From: Candidatus Bathyarchaeota archaeon
GTDB lineage: Archaea > Thermoproteota > Bathyarchaeia > TCS64
DNA length: 64,000 bases
Direction of reading: 5' to 3'
Assembly (NCBI GenBank): GCA_963769425.1
Contig: CAVYLP010000006.1
Span: 768,001-832,000, forward strand
Every line of letters begins with the position of its first letter. Position 1 is the first letter of the stretch. Shown here piece by piece: positions 1 to 9,145 of the stretch. A model generated the notes under the pieces. That model ran no database searches. It saw only the letters and a program-made list of their open reading frames with translations, and was not told the DNA's origin. The translations under genes and the position numbers were made by a program.

Positions 1-1
1 C

Positions 2-331
2 TGCACCCGCGCCGGAAACATCTGGAACCTCACCACCAATAGCGACAACCCCGAGTACAAGGAGACGGCGATACAGGAAGCAGCGGACTGCCCATCGGGG
101 CGTCTCGTCGAGTGGGATAAGAAGGGAAACGCCCTAGAGCCAGACCTAAAGCCTAGCATAGCCGTGACTGAAGATCAGGACGGCGTCGCCGGACCCCTCT
201 GGGTGATGGGCGGTGTCGACATAGAGGCCTCCGATGGCCACGTCTACGAGAAGAGGAACCGTGTTACCCTCTGCCGATGCGGTAAATCGGAGGCCCGCCC
301 CCTCTGCGACGGTTCCCACCTCGGGGAATAA
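2..331 (+). CDS. CDGSH iron-sulfur domain protein (5'-partial)
   Basis: Manual frame-2 translation ends ...RVTLCRCGKSEARPLCDGSHLGE*, a canonical CxCx9CDGSH motif; an upstream CPSG motif fits the associated ferredoxin-like domain. Confidence 0.9.
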   Translation, partial: CTRAGNIWNLTTNSDNPEYKETAIQEAADCPSGRLVEWDKKGNALEPDLKPSIAVTEDQDGVAGPLWVMGGVDIEASDGHVYEKRNRVTLCRCGKSEARPLCDGSHLGE

Positions 332-377
332 GGTCGCAGGTATCAAGTAGCCCTACCACCCATTCACCCTGATACAA

Positions 378-1220
378 ATGATAAAGCAGGGCCTTGAGTA
401 CGAGGTCGTGGAGGGCTGGGGGAAGCTCCCCTCGGGCTGGGTCTACACGCAGGTCGCCGGCGTCGCCGTCGACTCCAGAGACAGGGTCCTAATCCTTTGC
501 CGCGGCGAGCACCCGATCATCGTCTTCAGCAGAGAGGGCGAATTCATCGAGAGTTGGGGGGAAGGCATCTTCGCAAACGCCCACGGCGCCTACGTGGACG
601 CGGAGGACAACTTCTACTGCGTAGACAACGGCGACCACACCGTACGGAAGTTCGCCAAGGATGGTGAACTCCTCTTCACACTCGGAACCGAGGACAAGCC
701 CGCACCCCCAGGGAAGCCATTCAACAAGCCCACCGACCTCGCCCAGGCCCCAAACGGCGACCTCTACGTAAGCGACGGCTACGGCAATAGCAGCGTCCAC
801 CGATTCACAGCAGACGGGGAGCTCATCCAGAGCTGGGGGGAGTCTGGAACAGGCCCGGGTCAGTTTAACCTCCCACACGGCGTTTGGGTCGACGGCAAGA
901 ATGTCTACGTGGCCGACCGCCAGAACAACCGCGTCCAGATATTCACCACCGAGGGGAAGTACATCAAGGAGTGGGGCAACCTCCTCCGCCCCTGCGACAT
1001 CTACTTCGACAAGAGGGGGCGCGTCTACGTGGCGGAGCTCACACACAGGGTGAGCATCCTAAACAAGAGGGGGGAGGTACTCGCTCGCCTCGGAGGGGAG
1101 AGGAGCTTCGCCCCCGGTCAGTTCGTCGCTCCCCACTGCCTCTGGAAGGACAGCCACGGCGCCCTCTACGTCGGCGAGGTCCTCGAGGGGCAACGCATAC
1201 AGAAATTCGTACCCGCCTGA
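378..1220 (+). CDS. NHL-repeat beta-propeller protein (peptidyl-alpha-hydroxyglycine alpha-amidating lyase-like)
   Basis: Repeated NHL motifs (FNKPTDLA, YVSDGYGN, FNLPHGV, YVADRQNNRVQIF). Confidence 0.85.
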   Translation: MIKQGLEYEVVEGWGKLPSGWVYTQVAGVAVDSRDRVLILCRGEHPIIVFSREGEFIESWGEGIFANAHGAYVDAEDNFYCVDNGDHTVRKFAKDGELLFTLGTEDKPAPPGKPFNKPTDLAQAPNGDLYVSDGYGNSSVHRFTADGELIQSWGESGTGPGQFNLPHGVWVDGKNVYVADRQNNRVQIFTTEGKYIKEWGNLLRPCDIYFDKRGRVYVAELTHRVSILNKRGEVLARLGGERSFAPGQFVAPHCLWKDSHGALYVGEVLEGQRIQKFVPA

Positions 1221-1271
1221 CCCGTCAATAGCCGGTACAACCCTTATTCCGGCTCTTCCCAACCTAGAACC

Positions 1272-1607
1272 ATGCAAAACATAGGTGCATGCGGACTAAA
1301 CTGCGGCAACTGCGATGCCTACAAGGCGACGCAGGCGAACGACGTAAAGAAACTCTCAGAGCTCGCGGCGAGCTGGAGCAGCGAGAAGAACAAGTGGAAG
1401 CCGGGGGATATGAAGTGCGACGGCTGCACGAGCAGCCGCGTCTTCAAGGGGTGCATAGTGTGCCCCGTGAGGACCTGCGCCCAGGGGAAGGGCGTCAGCA
1501 TATGCAGCAGATGTGGTGAGTATCCCTGCGACAAGCTCGAAGCGCAGTGGAAGAGCCTCCACGGGGACATAGAGGCGTGGAAGGCGAACCTAGAAAAGGC
1601 GAAGTAG
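1272..1607 (+). CDS. DUF3795-family Cys-rich protein
   Basis: ACGLNCGNC...CDGC...C-x-VRTC...CSRCGEYPC pattern. Confidence 0.8.
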   Translation: MQNIGACGLNCGNCDAYKATQANDVKKLSELAASWSSEKNKWKPGDMKCDGCTSSRVFKGCIVCPVRTCAQGKGVSICSRCGEYPCDKLEAQWKSLHGDIEAWKANLEKAK

Positions 1608-1619
1608 TCCCTCACCAAA

Positions 1620-2318
1620 GTGGTGTACATGCCCGCCTTCGAGGTCCAGCTTAAGACCCACATAGGGAACCCAATTGACAGGATTACGGAGAGGTACCCC
1701 TCCCTCCGCATATGGACGTGGTGCAACTTCATACAGGACGTCCACGAGCTGGAGTCGGAGGACCCCGAGGTGCTCCGCGCCGCCCTCGAGGAGTTCAAGG
1801 GCGTCTACAAGATACTGGACGAGACAGAGGTCTCCACAAACGCGAGGATGATCACCCAGAACTGCATCTGCAGCAGGGAGACCACCGTCCACGACAACAT
1901 ACAGGAGCTTGAGATACTCAACCTGATGCCCATCTACTGCGAGGGGGGCTACGAGCACAGCCGCCTCATAGCCTTCCGCCACGAGGCCCTCGCGGAGTTG
2001 TTCGACAGGCTGAGTGGGCACGGCTTCAGCTTCGAGGTGGAGGAGAAGGCACCTTTCAACGGCATGGTCTCTGACACCCTCATAACCCTCAGCTCCCTGA
2101 TGGCAAAGCTCACTGACAAGCAGGTGGATGCCATATCCGCCGCCTACAACAGCGGGTACTACCAGACCCCACGGAGGGTCAACGTCCAGAGCATAGCCGA
2201 CAGGGTGAAGGTCCCCCGTACGACTCTTCAGGAGCACCTGAACAAGGCGGAGAACAAGCTCATCAGCTCCATAATCCCCCAGATACAGCTCTACGCCCGG
2301 AAGAACCGGGCCAAGTGA
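1620..2318 (+). CDS. HTH_10 (bacterio-opsin activator-type) transcriptional regulator
   Basis: C-terminal LTDKQ...AYNSGYYQTPR...IA...EHLNKAENK is the archaeal HTH_10 signature. Confidence 0.85.
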   Translation: MVYMPAFEVQLKTHIGNPIDRITERYPSLRIWTWCNFIQDVHELESEDPEVLRAALEEFKGVYKILDETEVSTNARMITQNCICSRETTVHDNIQELEILNLMPIYCEGGYEHSRLIAFRHEALAELFDRLSGHGFSFEVEEKAPFNGMVSDTLITLSSLMAKLTDKQVDAISAAYNSGYYQTPRRVNVQSIADRVKVPRTTLQEHLNKAENKLISSIIPQIQLYARKNRAK

Positions 2319-2369
2319 TCCACACTCCCGCCGTAAAGCTGATTCGAGGGTTCGACGATTATCTGTGGC

Positions 2370-3077
2370 GTGAGCGCCAACAGTCTCCCACTCTACGCGG
2401 ACGACAGTCACCTGACCGAGTTCGACGCAACCGTCGTGAGGGCCGGCCCAAAATTCGTCGTCCTCGACAGGACCGCCTTCTACCCCGACTCGGGTGGACA
2501 ACCCAGCGACATCGGCATTCTCAGGCATGCCGGTGGCGTGGTCCACGTCTCGAAGGCCATGAAGAGGGGGGTGGAGATATTCCACTACCTCGACGCAGAT
2601 ATCCCCGTTGGTACGGAGGTCCACGGCGTCATCGACTGGCCAACCCGAAACTGGAACATGAGGCGCCACTCCGCCGAGCACCTCGTCACCGGACTCATCG
2701 AGGCACTAGGAGAGCCCCCGAAGGTCTTCAGTGACCTAGAGAAGCTCGAGTACCAGCCATCGAGCCTTACCGTCGAGCAGATCGAGGGCGTTCACCGCCG
2801 CTTCGACGAGATAGTGGACGAGAACGCACCCGTCCGAGTCTACTACGAGGACAGGGCAAAGATAGACGCTTCGGGCGACCCCCGAAAGATCAGCTTCCTC
2901 CAGAAGATCCCTCGAAGCGTAAACCGCTTACGAATCGTCGACATAGGCCCCTACGCCTCAACGTTCTGCTTCGGCACACATGTGAAGAGCACCGCTGAGA
3001 TCGGGCACCTCTCGGAGCTGCGCCTTGAGGACGCGAAGAAGGGGAAGAAGATAGTACACTTCAGGCTGGAGCCTTAG
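2370..3077 (+). CDS. alaX: AlaX-type alanyl-tRNA editing protein
   Basis: LDRTAFYPDSGGQPSDIG, HSAEH and CFGTHV zinc-binding editing motifs; 235 aa. Confidence 0.85.
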   Translation: MSANSLPLYADDSHLTEFDATVVRAGPKFVVLDRTAFYPDSGGQPSDIGILRHAGGVVHVSKAMKRGVEIFHYLDADIPVGTEVHGVIDWPTRNWNMRRHSAEHLVTGLIEALGEPPKVFSDLEKLEYQPSSLTVEQIEGVHRRFDEIVDENAPVRVYYEDRAKIDASGDPRKISFLQKIPRSVNRLRIVDIGPYASTFCFGTHVKSTAEIGHLSELRLEDAKKGKKIVHFRLEP

Positions 3078-3182
3078 CGGAAGGTCTGTTATGTCTGGTC
3101 CATCTCAGCCTTCTGTACCTGTTCTGCTGTTAACAATTTAAATTCTTAACCTTCATCCATTGATACTAGTTCGTGGTACCCC

Positions 3183-4164
3183 ATGGACCCTGTTGGATGG
3201 CTCCTTGAGCCTAGTGACCCAAGCGTGAGGTTTTGGGCACTGCAAGACATCGATGGAAAGAGGCGTGACGATCCCGTAGTGCTGGAGGCGCAGGAGCGCG
3301 TCATGAGTTCACCGCTAGTCGAGGCTATCCTCTCAGCACAGCAGCCTGGAGGCTGGTGGGTTGGGGAGAGGGACATGTACCTGCCCAAGTACACCGCGAC
3401 GACCCACTCCCTACTCATCCTCGCCGAGCTGGGCGCGAAAAGGAGCCCCCGAGATTGAGAGGGGCATCGAGCAGGTCTTCCGCTTCCAGCGCGACTCGGG
3501 ACACTTCCTCCCCGACCTCCCCGCAACCGCGAAGGGCAGGGCAAGCACAATGAAGGACGGCTGCTGCTTCGACGGCAACATCCTCTACTACCTCATCCAC
3601 TTCGGCTACCTCGACGACCCGCGAACACAGCGCCTTATAGACTTCAACATCGGGTACCACGACGGCGAGAACGCGGGTTGGAGGTGCCGAAGCTACCCAA
3701 TCAACCCCGCCACCGTCTTCCCAAAGAACTGCTACATGGGCGCGGCGAAGATGCTACGAGCCCTCTCCACCATCCCGCAGCCGAAGAGGAGCCAAGAGAT
3801 ACAGGCTATCATCGATCGTGAGGTGGAGAACATCCTCGAGAACGGCGTATATCGGTACCTTCGCAATCCGGATGGAACCCGAAAGGACAAGGCGGGCTGG
3901 AAGCGCTTCGGCTTCCCCCTCTTCTACCAGTCCGACGACCTCGAGCTCCTCGACACCCTCACGCGCCTCGGCGTCCACGACGACCGGATGCAGCCCGCTG
4001 TCGACCTCGTGCTCAGCGCGCGGCAACCCGACGGCACGTGGCTGCTTGAGAACACCTACAATGGGAAGATGTGGGTCGATATCGAGGAGAAGGGGAAGCC
4101 CTCGAAGTGGGTCACCCTCAGGGCCCTGAGGACGCTCAGGCGCCTCGGTCTAAGTTCCTCGTAA
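3183..4164 (+). CDS. Prenyltransferase/squalene-cyclase-like repeat protein (one frameshift near 3450)
   Basis: QW-like repeats (QQPGGWW, QPDGTW), FGFP.FY..D.LE; ORFs 3183-3458 and 3361-4164 join across an extra C in a C-run. Confidence 0.7.
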
Positions 4165-4297
4165 TAAGCCAATATTTGATCCCAAAGCAGGAAGATCCTG
4201 ATCATCGACGGCTAACACCCCCACCCGGGCCAATCTATTTAGTTTATATTCAATACCCTTTTAGGGTCGAGTTATTCCATTTTCCTAGGGAAGTAAA

Positions 4298-4855
4298 ATG
4301 GACATACTCACGATAGGGATAATCGGGGCGATTGTAGTCATCGTCCTGATACTCGTAGGACTCTACTTCTCGTACTACAACAGGATCAGGCAGTACGAGA
4401 ACCAGATCGATGAGGCCTGGAGCCAGATCGACGTCCAGCTGAAGAAGCGCTACGATCTGGTCCCGAACCTCGTTGAGACAGTCAAGGGATACGCCGCTCA
4501 CGAGAAGGAGATCTTCGAGAAGGTCGCCCAGGCTCGCGCCGGCATGATACAGGGCACGCCCCAGGAGAGGATGGACGCCAGCAACATGCTGACCTCCACG
4601 CTCCGCCAGCTATTCGCCGTCGCCGAGGCCTACCCGCAGCTCAAGGCAAACGAGAACTTCAAGCTCCTCCAGGAGCAGCTACAGGGCATCGAGGACAAGA
4701 TCGCCTACGCACGCCAGTTCTACAACACCAGCGTGCTGAACTTCAACAACCTCATCACGACGATCCCCGGCGCATGGTTCGCCGGCGGCCGCAGCAAGCA
4801 CGAGTTCCTCAACATCCCTGAGGGCGAGAGGCAGGTACCGAAGGTACAGTTCTGA
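4298..4855 (+). CDS. lemA: LemA family protein
   Basis: N-terminal TM helix; IDVQLKKRYDLVPNLVETVKGYA, EAYPQLKA, ARQFYN. Confidence 0.95.
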   Translation: MDILTIGIIGAIVVIVLILVGLYFSYYNRIRQYENQIDEAWSQIDVQLKKRYDLVPNLVETVKGYAAHEKEIFEKVAQARAGMIQGTPQERMDASNMLTSTLRQLFAVAEAYPQLKANENFKLLQEQLQGIEDKIAYARQFYNTSVLNFNNLITTIPGAWFAGGRSKHEFLNIPEGERQVPKVQF

Positions 4856-5767
4856 TGGCCCGGCGAACCTTCTACGACGAGCAGAGGAGGAACAGCAGGG
4901 CCAGCCTCCTACTAGTGATAGTGGTGTCGCTGTTCCTCTTCGGCCTCATCTACTCCTTCGCCTACATATTCGCGCCCGAGGCGCTGATACTCGTCATACC
5001 CTTCAGCCTCATACTCATAGTCATCTACACTTGGAGCAGCTACGAGTATGGGGACCGGGTAGTCCTCGCATCAACACATGCTCGGCCCGCGGAGGGCAAC
5101 GAGTATGTTTACCTTAACAATGTGGCGGAGGGTCTAGCGATTGCTGCTGGGATTCCCCCACCCAAAGTCTACGTCATGGACGACCCTGACATCAACGCAT
5201 ACGCGACTGGGAAGGACCCACAGCACGCGAGCATCGCCGTGACGACGGGTGCCCTGCAGAGTCTAAACAGGGAGGAGCTCGAGGGCGTGGTCGGCCACGA
5301 GATGAGCCACATCAGGAACCGTGACGTGGAGTTCATGACCCTGGTCGCGGTCCTTGTCGGCCTCGTCTCGATTCTCAGCCACATCATCCTCCAGTGGGCC
5401 TGGCTTGGCGCCGGTACGCGTCGGCGTGGCCGCGACAGGAATGGTGGGTCGGGCATCGAGATCGTCGTATTAGTTTTAGGTCTCGTCCTTGCAATCCTCG
5501 CGCCCATCGCCGTGGCCCTAATCCAGCTCGCGATAAGCCGGAGGAGAGAGTTCATGGCAGATGCGAGTGGAGCTGAGCTAACACGATACCCCGAGGGCCT
5601 TGCGTCAGCGCTCGAGAAGATTAAGAACGGTAACCAGGGCAAGATGAAGGTAGACGAGGCGGTCAGCCCCCTGTTCATAAGCGACCCAAACAAGAGCGGA
5701 CTCGACAACCTCTTCGCCACCCACCCGCCACTCGACGGAGCGAATAAAGCGGCTGCGCGAGATGTAG
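4855..5767 (+). CDS. htpX: HtpX-like M48 zinc metalloprotease (frameshift near C-terminus)
   Basis: NAYATG, HEMSH, REFMAD, FATHPP; removing one G after HPPLD gives ERIKRLREM* ending 5767; lemA-htpX pairing is well known. Confidence 0.9.
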
Positions 5768-5799
5768 CCCTCGCAGCTTTTTTACACCCCCAAGCCCAT

Positions 5800-5829
5800 C
5801 CTTGACCAAGTGTTCTGAGTTGGTCAAGG
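5800..5829. promoter_or_regulatory. Perfect 10-bp inverted repeat CCTTGACCAA-N10-TTGGTCAAGG over the likely start of the ThDP enzyme gene
   Basis: Seen directly; just downstream of TATA-like TTTTTACA (~5778-5785). Function inferred. Confidence 0.45.
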
Positions 5830-7469
5830 CCGTTAACGGGTTGGTCAAGCTCCTCCGCGAGGAGGGGACCGAGTGGGTCTGCACGTTCCCGACGAACGTC
5901 TTCGTGAACGCGTGCGGCGAGGAGGGGATGCCCCTTATGATGGTTAGGACGGAGAGGTTCGCCGTCGCCGTGGCGGATGCCTACAGCAGGGCGACGAACG
6001 GGAAGAAGATCGGTGTCTCCGCCGTGATGGGTGGGCTAAACGCAGCAGGCACTGAGATGGCGTACGGCGCCCTAGCCCAGGCGTACGAGGACTCCTCCCC
6101 CCTACTATGCCTCACCGACGGCGTCCCCAACGAGGCCGCCGCGAGGGAGAGGTTCAACATCGAGGATGGGTTCCGTAGCGTCACGAAGTGGAATGGCTTC
6201 ATAAACCAGGGGCGGCGCGTCCCCGAGTTCGTGCGTCGCGCCTACACCCAGCTCCGCAGCGGGCGCCCAAGCCCCGTCATGCTACAGCTCCCACGCGGAC
6301 TCGAAGACTACGACCCCGCCGAGCACCCTTACACGCCGGTGAAGGGGTGGAAGCCCTCAGGCGACCCCCACGACGTGAAGGTGGCTGTCGAGGCCATCCT
6401 ACATGCTAGGAACCCGATGATCTACGCGGGGCAAGGCGTATTCTTCGGTGACGCCTGCGCCGAGCTGAAGCAGTTCGCGGAGATGACGGGCACACCCGTC
6501 CTCACCACCCTCATGGGGAAGAGCTGCTTCCCCGAGGACCACCCCCTCAGCCTCGGCGTCCGCGACGTCCCAGCCGAGAGGTGGCTCAAGGGCTCGGACC
6601 TCGTATTTGCCATAGGCACGAGCCTCGGCACCACCACATTCGGCCACGAGGTCCCCACGAGGGGGAAGACGATAGTCCAGTGCACCATCGACGAGCAGGA
6701 CCTAAACAGGGCAACAAGAACCGACCACGCCATAGTCGGCGACGCGAAGCTCGTCCTCCGCCAGATGATAGCTGAGGCGGAGAGGCATGGCGCAAAGCCG
6801 AAGCCCGGGGTCGAGGCGGAGGTCGCCGCCGCGAAAGAGGAGAAGATGAAGAAGTATCGCCCACTCATGGAGTCGAACGAGACACCGATAAACCCCTACA
6901 GGGTATACTCGGAGATAATCAAGACCGTCGACCCGATGAACAGCGTCGTAACCCACGAGTCGGGGAACACACGCGACCAACTCACCACAGTCTACGATGC
7001 CGTCACTGAGCATGGCTTCATGGCCTGGGGCAACGTCTCCACCCTCGGCTTCGGCCTCGGCGCCGCGATGGGTGCGAAGCTCGCCTACCCGAAGAGGCAG
7101 GTGGTAAGCGTCACGGGGGACGCCGGGGTGAGCTACCAGATGGGTGACTACGAGGCACTCATCCGCCACGGGATGGGGATAACAATCATCCATATAAACA
7201 ACGGCGGCTTCAGCGGCTACGGCCCCGGCTTCTGGGGGAGCGGTCACACCCCGTTCGCGTGCGAGGTGACGAAGCAGGACATCTACAAGACAGCGCAGAT
7301 GGCGGACGCCCTCGGTATGCACGCCACCCGGGTCGAGAAGCCCGACGACATCGCGCCAGCCCTGAAGGACGCCCTCAAGGAGAACACGAAGAACCGCCCA
7401 GCCTTCATAGAAGTCATTTGCAGCCGCCACCCAGTCTACGGCGGCTGGGTCAGGCCACCCGCCCACTAA
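5820..7469 (+). CDS. Thiamine-diphosphate-dependent enzyme (acetolactate synthase/decarboxylase superfamily)
   Basis: RTERFAVAVADAY Glu motif and GDAG...NN ThDP/Mg motif; start may be TTG 5802 or TTG 5820. Confidence 0.85.
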   Translation: MVKAVNGLVKLLREEGTEWVCTFPTNVFVNACGEEGMPLMMVRTERFAVAVADAYSRATNGKKIGVSAVMGGLNAAGTEMAYGALAQAYEDSSPLLCLTDGVPNEAAARERFNIEDGFRSVTKWNGFINQGRRVPEFVRRAYTQLRSGRPSPVMLQLPRGLEDYDPAEHPYTPVKGWKPSGDPHDVKVAVEAILHARNPMIYAGQGVFFGDACAELKQFAEMTGTPVLTTLMGKSCFPEDHPLSLGVRDVPAERWLKGSDLVFAIGTSLGTTTFGHEVPTRGKTIVQCTIDEQDLNRATRTDHAIVGDAKLVLRQMIAEAERHGAKPKPGVEAEVAAAKEEKMKKYRPLMESNETPINPYRVYSEIIKTVDPMNSVVTHESGNTRDQLTTVYDAVTEHGFMAWGNVSTLGFGLGAAMGAKLAYPKRQVVSVTGDAGVSYQMGDYEALIRHGMGITIIHINNGGFSGYGPGFWGSGHTPFACEVTKQDIYKTAQMADALGMHATRVEKPDDIAPALKDALKENTKNRPAFIEVICSRHPVYGGWVRPPAH

Positions 7470-7508
7470 CCACCCATCTTTTAACCGATAAACCGCGTCT
7501 CACTACAC

Positions 7509-8678
7509 ATGTTCAAGTCATGCGTGGACGAGAAGGCGGCAACGGAGCTACTCAGGGAGCTTGTGAAGATCGATTCGGTCAACCCGACGCTCGTGCCCGG
7601 GGCGAAGGGGGAAGAGGAGATCGCCGAGTACGTGGCCCAGTGGCTTAAGGGCCTCGGCCTCAAGGCCAAGGTCGACAAGATAGAGGCGAAGAGGGCAAAC
7701 GCCGTGGGCACCCTCAAGGGAACCGGTGGCGGCAAGAGCCTAATGCTCAACGGCCACATCGACACCGTCGGCTACGACTACATGACCATCGACCCCCTCA
7801 AGCCGGTTATCAAGGAAGGTAGGATGTACGGGCGCGGTACATACGACATGAAGGGCGGTTTAGTAGCTAGCCTCGCTGCGCTAAAGGCTGTCATCGACTC
7901 CGGCACCCAGCTCAAGGGTGATGTGGTCGTCGCTGCCGTCTGCGATGAGGAGTTCGCCAGCATCGGCACCGAGAGGGTGATGGAGAAGACGCGTGTAGAC
8001 GCGGCGATCATCGGTGAGCCGAGCGCCCTACAGATCGAGAGGTGCCACAAGGGCTTCGCGTGGATAGATGTCGAGACGAAGGGTCTAGCCGCCCACGGCA
8101 GCATGTGGGAAACCGGCGTCGACGCCATCGCGAAGATGGGCAACGTACTCACGGGACTCGAAGCAATCAGCGCTAAGCTGCAGAAGAGGAAGCACCCCGT
8201 CCTCGGACCAGCCAGTGTCCACGCGGGCACGATAAAGGGCGGCCTAGAACTCAGCACCTATCCCGATAAGTGCCTACTCCAGATCGAGAGGCGCACAATC
8301 CCGGGGGAGGAGCGGAAGGACATCGAGGCTGAGATGGAGGCGCTCCTCAAGGGCATCGCGGAGAAGGACCCCCGGTTCAAGGCGAGCTACGAGATAACCT
8401 TCTACCGTGGCCCGATGGACGTCCCAGAGACTTCGGACATCTGCCAGACCATCGTTGCTTGCAGCAAGGAGGCGATAAAGCTCACTCCCGCCTTCGTAGG
8501 TGGCTCCGGGTGGATGGACACTCAGATCATGTGGGAGAAGGGCATACCCGCTGTCGCCTACGGTCCATCCGGCGAGGGCGCACACGCCGCCGTCGAGTGG
8601 GTCGACCTCGACACCGTGACGGATGCAGCAAGAGTGCAGGAGCTGGTCCTACACCGCTTCTGCGGCGAGAAGAACTAG
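7509..8678 (+). CDS. ArgE/DapE-family M20 deacylase
   Basis: LNGHIDTV, GRGTYDMKGG, DEE, GEP, AHAAVEWV. Confidence 0.9.
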   Translation: MFKSCVDEKAATELLRELVKIDSVNPTLVPGAKGEEEIAEYVAQWLKGLGLKAKVDKIEAKRANAVGTLKGTGGGKSLMLNGHIDTVGYDYMTIDPLKPVIKEGRMYGRGTYDMKGGLVASLAALKAVIDSGTQLKGDVVVAAVCDEEFASIGTERVMEKTRVDAAIIGEPSALQIERCHKGFAWIDVETKGLAAHGSMWETGVDAIAKMGNVLTGLEAISAKLQKRKHPVLGPASVHAGTIKGGLELSTYPDKCLLQIERRTIPGEERKDIEAEMEALLKGIAEKDPRFKASYEITFYRGPMDVPETSDICQTIVACSKEAIKLTPAFVGGSGWMDTQIMWEKGIPAVAYGPSGEGAHAAVEWVDLDTVTDAARVQELVLHRFCGEKN

Positions 8679-8737
8679 AACCCCCCTTACATCATCTATG
8701 AGAAACTAGAATAATGCGTAGCAATCAGCATGGATCG

Positions 8738-9145
8738 ATGACGAGGCTCACCGTGGTAGACGCCGACAGGTGCGTCGGCTGCCAGCTCTGCATGTTCGCC
8801 TGCAACAGGCGCTTCGGCGAGGGAGGGCTGGCGAAGTCGGCCATCAGGGTCCGATCCGCGGGAGGCTTTGAGAGGGGCTTCGTCGTAGTCACTTGCAGGG
8901 CCTGCCCCGATCCCCCATGCATGAAGGTGTGCCCCGTAGACGCCCTCGAGCAGCGCAGGGGCGGAGGCGTCGTCCTCAAGGCGGGCAAGTGTATAGGCTG
9001 CCACCGCTGCGCCGAGGCCTGCCCCGTACACGCCGTCTTCTGGGACGACGAGGCAAACAAGCCGGACATCTGCGTCCACTGCGGGTACTGCGTGGGTTAC
9101 TGCCCACACGAGGTGCTCGCGATGAAGGAGGCCGAGCCGCTGTGA
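8738..9145 (+). CDS. 4Fe-4S dicluster protein (electron-transfer partner of AOR)
   Basis: Four Cys clusters (CVGCQLCMFAC, CRACPDPPCMKVCP, CIGCHRCAEACP, CVHCGYCVGYCP); GTGA overlap with AOR. Confidence 0.9.
   Translation: MTRLTVVDADRCVGCQLCMFACNRRFGEGGLAKSAIRVRSAGGFERGFVVVTCRACPDPPCMKVCPVDALEQRRGGGVVLKAGKCIGCHRCAEACPVHAVFWDDEANKPDICVHCGYCVGYCPHEVLAMKEAEPL

Noticed and set aside
4255-4293. Short inverted repeats upstream of lemA (ACCCT-ttt-AGGGT; TTCCTAGGGAA)
   Set aside because: Arms of 5 bp or less are too short to distinguish from chance.
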